A stretch of 37,856 bases of DNA from Actinomycetota bacterium (lineage in GTDB: Bacteria > Actinomycetota > Actinomycetes > Streptosporangiales > Streptosporangiaceae), in the NCBI GenBank assembly GCA_003541285.1, contig DPMS01000234.1, positions 12,559 through 50,414 of the forward strand, read 5' to 3'. The notes beneath the pieces are model-generated. The model had not been told where the DNA came from. It did not search any database and saw nothing but the letters and a program-made list of their open reading frames with translations. Positions 19,901 to 27,680 of this stretch are shown here, in pieces. Position 1 is the stretch's first letter. Every line of letters starts with the position of its first letter. A program made the translations under genes and the position numbers.

Positions 19901-21488
19901 CGAGTGCTTCCAGGGCGGATGCTGCCTGGTAGAGCCGGTCGTCCAGCGAGCCCCGCTCGGTTACGCCGCGCCAGGCGAACGGCCGCCCCTGCGCGGCCGG
20001 CCGCCAGGCAGCCGCCAGGGCCGCCGCGGTGCGGCGGATTTCGCCGAACACCTCCGCTGTCAGGTGCACCGGGGCAAGACCCATGGCGGGAGCGGCAGGA
20101 ACCGCGTGCAGGCTGGCGATCATCCCGAGGACGTCATGCAGCGAGTACCCGAGCGGATCCCGTACACGGTTCACGGCGTTGGCGTACGCGGTGAGCTGCT
20201 CCCGGCGCCTGCGGGCCGCGTCCATGTCCATGGGCGGCACAGTTGCGGGCGCGGCAGGTACCGTGTCCAGCGCCTTGCCCAGCGACACGGCCACCTCTTT
20301 GCGCGTCGCGTTGTGCGAATGCAGGTCCAGCAGGTACCCGCCCAGCCCGGCCTCGGTCAGCCGGTCCCGCACCACGTCGAGCGCGGCAGCCTTCTCCGAT
20401 ACGAACAGCACGGTCTTGCCCGCGTGCAGCAGGGCACCGATCGTGTTCGCGATCGTCTGGCTCTTGCCCGTGCCCGGAGGGCCGTTCATTACGAACGAAC
20501 GGCCGCCGAGCGCGGCCGCGACGCAGGCCCGCTGCGAGGAGTCGGCGTCCAAGATCACCGGGGGGACCTCAGGGGCCGCGCGCGTGCCAGTCTGGTGCCC
20601 TGCGGTCTCCTCGAAGACGGGCCCGGACCAGGTCAGCCCGCGAGCAGCCAGGGCCCTCACCGCCGGGTGCACCGCGGCCAGGTCCTCATGATCGAGCAGG
20701 TCCCGGTACATCGCTCCCTTCATGAACGAGAAACACGAGAGCGCGGCGCTTTCGCTGACCTGCCAGCCATCCCTGGCAGCGACCGCTGCGCGGACCGCGT
20801 CCAGGAGCCCGCTCGGCGTGACCTCCGCCGGGTCGTCTACGCGGGGCAGCGCGAGCCCGTACTGGGACAGCTTCAGGCTGAGCGCCGGATTGACGGCCGG
20901 GTCATCGTCGGTCGGCTCCAGCATCGGCGGTTGCCGTGGCTCGGTGGTCACCAGCCGGACCGGCACCAGCAGCAACGGGCTCGTGTAGCGGGCCCGGTCC
21001 CGGTCGGTCCACGTCAAAGTACCGAACGCCAGGTACAGGACCGGCAAGCCCCGGTCCAGGTACTCCCGGTTCGAGTGCCGCATGAGCGCCCGGAGTGCGG
21101 CATCGAGGTCGTCCGGGTCCTTGCTGGTGTCGAGGATGTACGGAGCCGGTGGCGGGACCGCAGCCGCCGCACCGGCAGTCCGTTCACTTTCATCTGCTGG
21201 CTGGGTGTGTGCTTCCTCGCCCGCCCAGGGCTCGGTCGGCCAAGGCTTCAGGGACCGGAACGTGAAAGTGCCACCCGCCCTGAGGCGCGCGAGGATGTCA
21301 TCAGCAGAGGGGCGGGACACCCCCACCATGCCGGTCCTGCCCGGCCTGAAGTCGATGAGCCGGTTTGCCGCCGTGAGGTCGATGAGGCTGTCCCGCCAGC
21401 TGCTGATCGCAGAGCGGATGAGTGCCTCCCGGCCGGCTGCAGGCCGGCTGCTGTCTTTGTCCAGCACGCCGCGCCTCTCCATTCGCAT
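16923..21488 (-). CDS. DUF4011-domain SF1 (Upf1/DNA2-like) helicase lacking the C-terminal nuclease/DUF3320 region
   Basis: DUF4011-like WRDSLIDLTAANRLIDF...LYLAFGTLTW...PLLLVPV, Walker A GPPGTGKSQT, VLFVSEKAAAL, a long helical insert, FDVVIFDEASQ, GDQKQLPP, LRWHYRS, QGDERD and RRLNVAITRAR. The start is uncertain. Confidence 0.87.
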   Translation of the reverse strand: MRMERRGVLDKDSSRPAAGREALIRSAISSWRDSLIDLTAANRLIDFRPGRTGMVGVSRPSADDILARLRAGGTFTFRSLKPWPTEPWAGEEAHTQPADESERTAGAAAAVPPPAPYILDTSKDPDDLDAALRALMRHSNREYLDRGLPVLYLAFGTLTWTDRDRARYTSPLLLVPVRLVTTEPRQPPMLEPTDDDPAVNPALSLKLSQYGLALPRVDDPAEVTPSGLLDAVRAAVAARDGWQVSESAALSCFSFMKGAMYRDLLDHEDLAAVHPAVRALAARGLTWSGPVFEETAGHQTGTRAAPEVPPVILDADSSQRACVAAALGGRSFVMNGPPGTGKSQTIANTIGALLHAGKTVLFVSEKAAALDVVRDRLTEAGLGGYLLDLHSHNATRKEVAVSLGKALDTVPAAPATVPPMDMDAARRRREQLTAYANAVNRVRDPLGYSLHDVLGMIASLHAVPAAPAMGLAPVHLTAEVFGEIRRTAAALAAAWRPAAQGRPFAWRGVTERGSLDDRLYQAASALEALAGVVRVNQTLADATGLTRPSHAEALAGLVDHLMTWPEALPDEWLTVDTLDAVDTAVAQLAAALTAIAARESQASQAAGVPWPAIPRQDALPVIDSKALAALTPACADVSGLTAGQIAGLARDFSAGAGLLEKRLVTLSGLASMLGLRAPATFSQANDVLVLARLAGEPDRPERAWLSVPGHQAASTAGRVLYDAHRALDRAEADASAYFTRDALRHDVGGLAQRFADDHHRLGKLSGEYRADKKTVAAFTREGIAVETAQEHLGLAAAWKHAAQALAAAEASHATLLGPHYIGRGTDFDRLGRALAHAATAVRCARGQDLSQAAGHISRDAVPKPVITATLTEIRQDLSAWQATLAPPPATAARPELLNGTIAEAIWWLRAHPGPLHAASEFTRAVSEVKGRQLTFGQARQMVALREAADSAHAQLAARDDVFQDLCGQLYAGVATDVAALRAALEWARRLRAMPGYEHVPLTPSHLKAAESAVPTDRLAKAADAWREGCAALLAAFSPHRRRELAAELDDYQGGDELFEVMFNDTSGRDEWHAYQAARASLAARGMDAAVDFCIAERVEPAQVPQVIERALLQEWAEYQLRTDPALAPLRAVGRDALVREYQRLDRALRAAAAGDIIRACNARRPRSDTGESAVIRREAEKQKKHMPVRELIEQARHVTQAIKPCFMMSPLAVSQYLPAGMHFDVVIFDEASQISPANAITCIYRGSALILAGDQKQLPPASCSGSGPRDDGEEWPAESEETSDLESVLDLAKGSGVFQNLTLRWHYRSRHEALIAFSSAAFYQGRLIPLPGGDSGGPDAGVELFHGEGTYRRGTSRDNPDEAARVAQRVIHHYDTRPALSLGVVTLSEAQASAIETALGKARQQRPDLDRFFTTHRLRGFFVKNAESAQGDERDVLILSIGYGPDENGKLTMNFGPLSRHGGWRRLNVAITRARYRIEIVSSIRAGDIPESVTSEGLRHLRRYLNYAARGPARAQHHLPG

Positions 21489-22803
21489 CGACTACATCAG
21501 GGCGCGGTACCTACGCAACCCGCCGCATCTGATCGTTCCGGCTGTCGCGGCGGGCAATGCCCTCGGCGCCGGCCCCCGAAGACTATCCGGTTGAAAAACC
21601 AGGTGTGGTGCCCATGCGCATTGCGGGCAAGGTTCGCAGGTCCGGGTTCCGGGTCGCCGGGTGTGCATGGGCGGCTGTGCGCCGGATGGCCACGCCCGGC
21701 CGCCTGCCCGGCCGCGGCCGTTGCCGAGGCGGCAACGCTCACGCTGGCGCCGGCAGTGGCCCCGTAGCTTACCCCGGCCGCCGCCGCCGATGAAGTCCTA
21801 TCCCCGCTTACGGCGGCCGTGACGCGGAGCCCGCAGGCGGCGGCCGCGCTGCATGTGCGGACCGCGGGTCGGCCGGTGCCACCCGGACACGGCTGGACTG
21901 CCTGACCGTGATTCGGTTGAAGGGTGGCTGAGCCCATTGTCCGTCCGGTGGCGAGACCGCGACCTGGGTACCAGCCATCACGGGTTCGGTGGCGGCGGCT
22001 TCGTACCGCTTGCCGAAGTGAGTTCACCCAGCGGCTGAGACATGGCAGGTTGCTGCCGGGGCAGGGGGCCGTCCGGTAAACGGTGCTTCGAGCCTGGTAT
22101 GACCTGAATTACGGATGTGTGTGCGCCTTATCACCAGCCCAAACTGCCACAGCAGCAGCGCTTTCAATCCCGGGGACGCCAGGCCGGGGCGGGCAGTGAA
22201 TGAATGTGAGAACCGAGGTTGCGCTGCCGATGCCGGTCATCATATTCTGCTCTGGCGAATGCACGTCAAAACACAGTGAAAGGTGCTTAACGAACGCAGT
22301 GTGGAGGCGACTGCCTCGGACAGCCGATCACCCCGCGATCTGACGGCCCTGTGGTGATCGTTCCTTGCGGCGCTAGCAATCCCTATTTATTGGGTAGCTT
22401 TCAGGCGGGTTGTGGCCCCCAGCGCCGATGATCGGTCCCGGATGGCTGTCAGCCGGTCAACTCAGGCGCCAGTTCCCGTTACTGGGCAAGACCGCCAGAG
22501 GTCCGTGCCGTTGGCCGGCGTATGGGCCCGGAGCACGGAACCTTGCAGGCGCTGCGGGCGGGCGGACATAGGAGGGGACCGCGCGGTGATCAAGCAACCG
22601 CATGGCCGGGGGACTGGCCGCACAATCATCAGCTGGCACCTGTTCGCCAGGCCCGGCTTCCGCACTGGCAGTACCCGGTACTCGCGGAGCCCTTCCGCTG
22701 GCCCGCCAGCTGTTCTGCTCCACAGCACCTTTGTGCCTAGATTGGCTGAATCGTCTATGAGTGGTGCGATCCCTGACAAGCCACGCTGCTCAGGGAGGTG
22801 GAT

Positions 22804-24681
22804 GTGAACATTTTCCTGAGCTACGCTGAGGAAGATAGCAGAATCGCCAGCAGGATTGCGGACCGGCTGACTGAGGCTGGTCACACGATCTTCAACTGGA
22901 TGGATCCGGTACAGAGGGGAGGGCGGTTCAGGCCACAGATCGAAGACCGTATAAGGCGTTCACATGCCTTCCTTGCCCTGCTGTCCCCGGATTTTCGCGA
23001 GTCGAACTGGTGTGGAATAGAACTCGATATGGCCATTCACCGCGAGCAAAGGCTCCAGGCCGACGATCCCAGCGCGGCCTTTATCAACGTGGCCGCCATC
23101 GCGAACGTTCCGCCCGCGGACGCCGGGGTTCTCGGCAGCTACGACTGGGTGGACATGTACAGCCCGGGGAAGGTCGAAGAGGGGCTTCGGCAGCTGGCCG
23201 GCCGGTTCGAGCGCGCCGAGGAACTGCTTTCTACCGCAGTGAACCCTGGCGGGCCCCGGCCGGCCAGCGACATCGAACCAGTCTTCCGTAACCGCCACGA
23301 CGAGCTGCAGAGGGTATTAAATGGGCTTGCCAATGCGGCGGGCCCGCACTTCTGGCTCGTGGTCGCACCACCCCAACTCGGTAGGACCTGGTTCCTCGAA
23401 CGCGTCAGCCACGATGACGCATTCTCCAAGCCTGTTCCCTGGGTCGTGAGGCTGCTTGACCTACGTTCGCAGCCAGCCGAGGTGCGTGCCGACCCAGTGG
23501 CGCTGCTCACGCTCCTGTTCGGAAATACCTCGCCGGCGGCTGCCGGGCAGAGCCCACGCCGCATCGCACAGGAGATCCTCAGGAGCGGACGGCCCAATCT
23601 GTGCCTGGTAGACAACGCCGAGTTGCTTACCGAAGAAACGGCCACTGCCCTGCGGGTGAGCCTGGGCCAGATCTACCGTTTCGTCCAGGACATGGGAAAG
23701 AGAGATCTTCGTCTCGCACTTATCGTGGCCAGCCGCCGGGACGATGGATGGCGAGGGGTTACTCCGCCGCCACGCCTTTCAGCCCTGCCGCTCACCGAAT
23801 TCACCCCCGATGTCGTGCAGCAAGCCCTGCGCGAGCTTTCCGATGCTATGGGAAACACCTTTTCCCCGGCGGAGTTCACAAGAAATGCCGCCCGCGTCCA
23901 TAGCGTGACCGAGGGGCTGCCCGCCCTGCTCGTGCGCTGCCTCCAGTGGGTACGGGAGGAGGAGTGGGTTGAGATGGACCGCCTGGAGACGCAGGACCTG
24001 TTCGAAGAACTCGCGGGCCCCTACGTCCGGGAGGAACTCCTCACGCCGGCGAGCCTGCTCCCCGATAGCCGGAAGGAAGCCGGCGGGCAACTGGCGGCAC
24101 TGGTGGACGCGTGCCGGGTGCTGACGCCATACCGCCTCTTCACCATGTCTCACCTGCGCCACCATCTGGATTCCGATGCTGGCTTCCGCGAAGCCCTGTC
24201 GGCTGCGGGCTGGGCACTGGCAGATCTGTCGGAGGCTATCAGCGACACCGCCCTGCTGCGCCGGCCGCTGAACGAACCATGGAAGGAGATGCACGCGGCG
24301 ATCCGCCGGCTGCTGTTCCGTCACTTCTACCGGTCACCGGAGCAACGGAGCCTGGCGCACGACGAGGCCCGCCAGTTCGTGGAGATCTGGGCAGACAAGC
24401 AAGTCGGCACCGAGCAGGTCGTTGGCTTGGTGGAGTGCCTGTGGCACGAAGCCAGCGCACTTTGCCTCCGCGACCCTGCCGAGATGAAGCCGAGGTTGTC
24501 CGAATCGGCAAAGAAACTGTCATCCGCACTCCGCGCCTCTGCCGCCTTTACGCTCGATGAACTCCGGGATTTTGCGGCGGAGCGGATGAAGAATGACGGC
24601 GAACTTGAGGAAGTTGTCGGCGATGGCGATGGCCTGCTCAGCCGGCTCGTCGAGATCGTACTGAATCCAGAGGATTCATGA
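22804..24681 (+). CDS. TIR domain fused to a STAND/NB-ARC-like ATPase with a degenerate P-loop
   Basis: GGAGG RBS then GTG. TIR: IFLSYAEED...FLALLSPDFRESNWCGIEL, with the catalytic-position Glu at 23020-23022. STAND-like: FRNRHDEL, VVAPPQLGRT, LCLVDNAE, TEGLP and MHAAIR. Confidence 0.82.
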   Translation: MNIFLSYAEEDSRIASRIADRLTEAGHTIFNWMDPVQRGGRFRPQIEDRIRRSHAFLALLSPDFRESNWCGIELDMAIHREQRLQADDPSAAFINVAAIANVPPADAGVLGSYDWVDMYSPGKVEEGLRQLAGRFERAEELLSTAVNPGGPRPASDIEPVFRNRHDELQRVLNGLANAAGPHFWLVVAPPQLGRTWFLERVSHDDAFSKPVPWVVRLLDLRSQPAEVRADPVALLTLLFGNTSPAAAGQSPRRIAQEILRSGRPNLCLVDNAELLTEETATALRVSLGQIYRFVQDMGKRDLRLALIVASRRDDGWRGVTPPPRLSALPLTEFTPDVVQQALRELSDAMGNTFSPAEFTRNAARVHSVTEGLPALLVRCLQWVREEEWVEMDRLETQDLFEELAGPYVREELLTPASLLPDSRKEAGGQLAALVDACRVLTPYRLFTMSHLRHHLDSDAGFREALSAAGWALADLSEAISDTALLRRPLNEPWKEMHAAIRRLLFRHFYRSPEQRSLAHDEARQFVEIWADKQVGTEQVVGLVECLWHEASALCLRDPAEMKPRLSESAKKLSSALRASAAFTLDELRDFAAERMKNDGELEEVVGDGDGLLSRLVEIVLNPEDS

Positions 24682-27638
24682 ACATGGGCGAAGAGGACCT
24701 GTACCCAGGCTACATTCCGCGGGATGAGGAACGGCGGATCCTCGAGGAAGCCACGCGGGTACGGGAGGACCGCACGAGCCGCGCGGTGCTGCTGTATGGC
24801 CCGGGCGGTGTCGGTAAGACCTCGCTCGTGCGCAGGCTGGCGCAGGCCCGCGCGCACGATCCGGCGACGGTCTGGGTCCATCCGGTTGATATCGACGACT
24901 CGGAATACTGGCTGCTGTCCAACCTGGAGCGGCATGTCGCGAGTGGGCTGGACCCGGATCACCGTTTTTTCGGGCCATACCTGGAGCATCTTTCCCGGCT
25001 GCCGGTCTACACCAGGCCGCGCATTGGCTACGAGACGGTGGTCAGCCATCTCGCGCAGATCAAGAAGATCTTTGCCGACTGCTACCGGGATTTTACCGAG
25101 GGTAGTGGCAAGACGGTCGTCATAAGCATGGACACCGTGGAAGTCATCCGCGGCATGTACCTGCTGCAGACGCTGGCCCACTGGATGAAGGATCTTCCGG
25201 CCACTCTCTTCATCCTGGCTGGCCGTCCGCTCTGGGGGGCGGACGCAGAGGACCCGATCCGTCACGAACTGGAGGACCCGTACCAGCCCCTGCCCGTGAC
25301 CACCATCGAGCTTGGTGAGTTCACCCGGGAAGCCGCGCTTGACTATCTCACCAGGAGCGGAGTCGCTTCCGGCCTCTCCAAGGACGACAAGGAGAGAGAG
25401 AAGCTCATCCTGCTGACCCGGGGACACCCGCTCTGGCTGGCGTTCACGGTGGACTACCTCCAGAGCACCGGAATCCCGGAGGAGGCGGCCCAGTCGTTCG
25501 ACACCATCGCGGAGTGGGTGCCCTACCAGGGAGAACTGCCCCCGGCCGGGCGCAGCCTGCACGAGGCGTTCATGCGCCACCTAGTCGCGCCCTACAACGA
25601 GACCGACTTCTGGCACGAGGCACTCAAGCGGCTGGCCGTCGTGCGCGAGAGCGTCAACCAGGAGGTCTGGGAGCGGCTCATGGCTGACCGCCCGCTCCCG
25701 GATGGCGTACCGACCCTGGCCGCGGCCTGGGACGAGTTGCTCCGGATCCCCTGGATCCGGCCCCGGGCCAACCGCCGGTATGTGACGCTGCACGACGCGG
25801 TGGCCGAGGAACTCGCGCTGCGCATCGTTCCGTTGCATGACCAGGGCAAGCAGTGGCGGGACCAGCTATGGCAGCGCGCGCGAGCGATCTACACGGAACT
25901 GAGCGTTGCCAGCGAAACGGCGCTGAAGGAGGAACTGGCCAGGCTGGATGACGCGCTGCAATCCTTGCCGCCCAGGCTGGTGACCGACAGCGATCACGTC
26001 CCGGCTGAGGAGGAGAGCAGGCTCATCCGGGACGCGGCCCGGCTGGAGGCACAGAAACGTGAACTGTCCCAGTTCAAGGCCACCCGGCTCTGCTATGAGG
26101 TGCTGTGCGACTTCGGGAAAGGGTGCTCGCACTTCCTGACGTTGATGGACCAGGCCAAGACCGATCACGACATCCTGTTCCAGGATCTGCTCGCGGCCGA
26201 GATCCAGCGTTTCCTGCCCGGGGGAGTCCACGCGCATGCGTCCGGCGACGTCGTCGGCGAGGTCATCGATGAGTTCCGCGCATGGCTGGAATCCAGGCAG
26301 GGCAGGAATCTCCATCTTGAGATCGGCGTAAGCCTCGCTGACTACCTGATCAGGTCCGAGCAGCCGGGAACGGCGCTTAAGTTGCTCGACAACCTGCCGG
26401 AGGAGAGCGCCAGCACGATCCAGCGTTATCGCCTGTGCAATCTGCGCGGGAACGCATGCATGCGCATCCCGGGCCGGGTCAGGGAGGCCGAGGATCATTT
26501 CCAGCGATCGCTAGCCGAAGCGAGGCGCCTGCGGTCCGCGGACCGGCCGAGGCTGATCGCGAAGGCCCACAAGGAACTGGGCTTCTACTACCGCAACATG
26601 GGTAGCTGGCATGACGCCGACGACGCCTACGCGCGCGCGCGGGACGCGATCTCGGCGACTCTGCTCGCCGGGGGCTCAGCCGAGGACCGGGAGGAGATGG
26701 CCTCGATCCAGTCCAATTGGGCCTACGTCAAGGGACTGACCGGCGACTATCGTGCTGGCACGAACCTCGCGCAAAGTGCCATCACTGTCCGGCGCCGGCT
26801 GGGGAACCGGCAGGAGGAAGGCAACTCCTGGAGTGTCCTTGGCGAGGTGCTCCGTTATGAGCGCAGGTTCCAGAAGGCGTGGGAAGCCTACGCTGAGGCC
26901 GAGCGCATCTTCGAAGAGTTGCGGAACTGGGCGTGGCTGGGGCTTGTCTATCAGGAGCAGGCCATCTGCCTGTTCCAGTCGGCCCAGGAGCGGATCCAAC
27001 TCGTACCCGATCCCGTACCAGCGGCCAAGCGGCTCATCACGACGGCGCTGGACCTGTGCCGGGACCTGGCTGTCCGCGGCTATCCGTCCGCTCTCAACCG
27101 GGCCGGGCGCATCTACGGCGAGGACGTCGACGAGGGCCTGAAGTACCTGGCGACCGGTATCCGGGAGAGCCACAGGCTGTCCGATGGGTGGTTCTGGTTC
27201 GCGAGCCTGGTCGAGCATGCCGAACTGTGCTACCGGGCCTGGGTGAAGACGGGGCGGCCGGACTATCTCGATCAGATCGACGCCCACGAGGCTGAGATCG
27301 CTCAGGCCATGGGCGAGTACGAGTTCCCAGACCTGAAAGGCAGATGGGAACTCCTGCAGGGGCATCTCCTGGTTCGCCATTCACTGACGACGGGCGATGA
27401 GAGCGGCCTGGGCACTGCCCTGGATCACTACCGGAACGGTTTTGCCCTTATCGCACAGGAATACGTCGGGTCCTCTGGGGCGGCGACGGTCGCAGAAGAA
27501 TTCAGGGCTCTCGGGGAGCTCATTGCGCCGCTGTCACAACAGATCAAGGCAGAATGGCAGGCAGTTCTTCGCCGTGCCTGGAGCCGCGAGGCGTCGGCAG
27601 CGACCTTGCTCCTGGCCGGGCTGGAAGAGCTGTACTAG
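24678..27638 (+). CDS. STAND/NB-ARC-like ATPase with C-terminal TPR-like repeats
   Basis: YIPRDEE, Walker A LLYGPGGVGKT, Walker B VVISMDTVE, TRGHP (GxP) and LHD, followed by helical repeats (LGFYYRNMGSWHDADDAYARA, LGEVLRYERRFQKAWEAYAEA). ATGA overlap with the TIR gene. Confidence 0.85.
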   Translation: MNMGEEDLYPGYIPRDEERRILEEATRVREDRTSRAVLLYGPGGVGKTSLVRRLAQARAHDPATVWVHPVDIDDSEYWLLSNLERHVASGLDPDHRFFGPYLEHLSRLPVYTRPRIGYETVVSHLAQIKKIFADCYRDFTEGSGKTVVISMDTVEVIRGMYLLQTLAHWMKDLPATLFILAGRPLWGADAEDPIRHELEDPYQPLPVTTIELGEFTREAALDYLTRSGVASGLSKDDKEREKLILLTRGHPLWLAFTVDYLQSTGIPEEAAQSFDTIAEWVPYQGELPPAGRSLHEAFMRHLVAPYNETDFWHEALKRLAVVRESVNQEVWERLMADRPLPDGVPTLAAAWDELLRIPWIRPRANRRYVTLHDAVAEELALRIVPLHDQGKQWRDQLWQRARAIYTELSVASETALKEELARLDDALQSLPPRLVTDSDHVPAEEESRLIRDAARLEAQKRELSQFKATRLCYEVLCDFGKGCSHFLTLMDQAKTDHDILFQDLLAAEIQRFLPGGVHAHASGDVVGEVIDEFRAWLESRQGRNLHLEIGVSLADYLIRSEQPGTALKLLDNLPEESASTIQRYRLCNLRGNACMRIPGRVREAEDHFQRSLAEARRLRSADRPRLIAKAHKELGFYYRNMGSWHDADDAYARARDAISATLLAGGSAEDREEMASIQSNWAYVKGLTGDYRAGTNLAQSAITVRRRLGNRQEEGNSWSVLGEVLRYERRFQKAWEAYAEAERIFEELRNWAWLGLVYQEQAICLFQSAQERIQLVPDPVPAAKRLITTALDLCRDLAVRGYPSALNRAGRIYGEDVDEGLKYLATGIRESHRLSDGWFWFASLVEHAELCYRAWVKTGRPDYLDQIDAHEAEIAQAMGEYEFPDLKGRWELLQGHLLVRHSLTTGDESGLGTALDHYRNGFALIAQEYVGSSGAATVAEEFRALGELIAPLSQQIKAEWQAVLRRAWSREASAATLLLAGLEELY

Positions 27639-27680
27639 CGAAATCCGTTCCACAGCTTCACCGTCAGAGAGGCGTGGTCC

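Noticed and set aside
17451..21767. 1438-aa ORF on the + strand
   Set aside because: Antisense shadow of the DUF4011 helicase. It has no motifs, and long stop-free antisense frames are expected in high-GC coding DNA.
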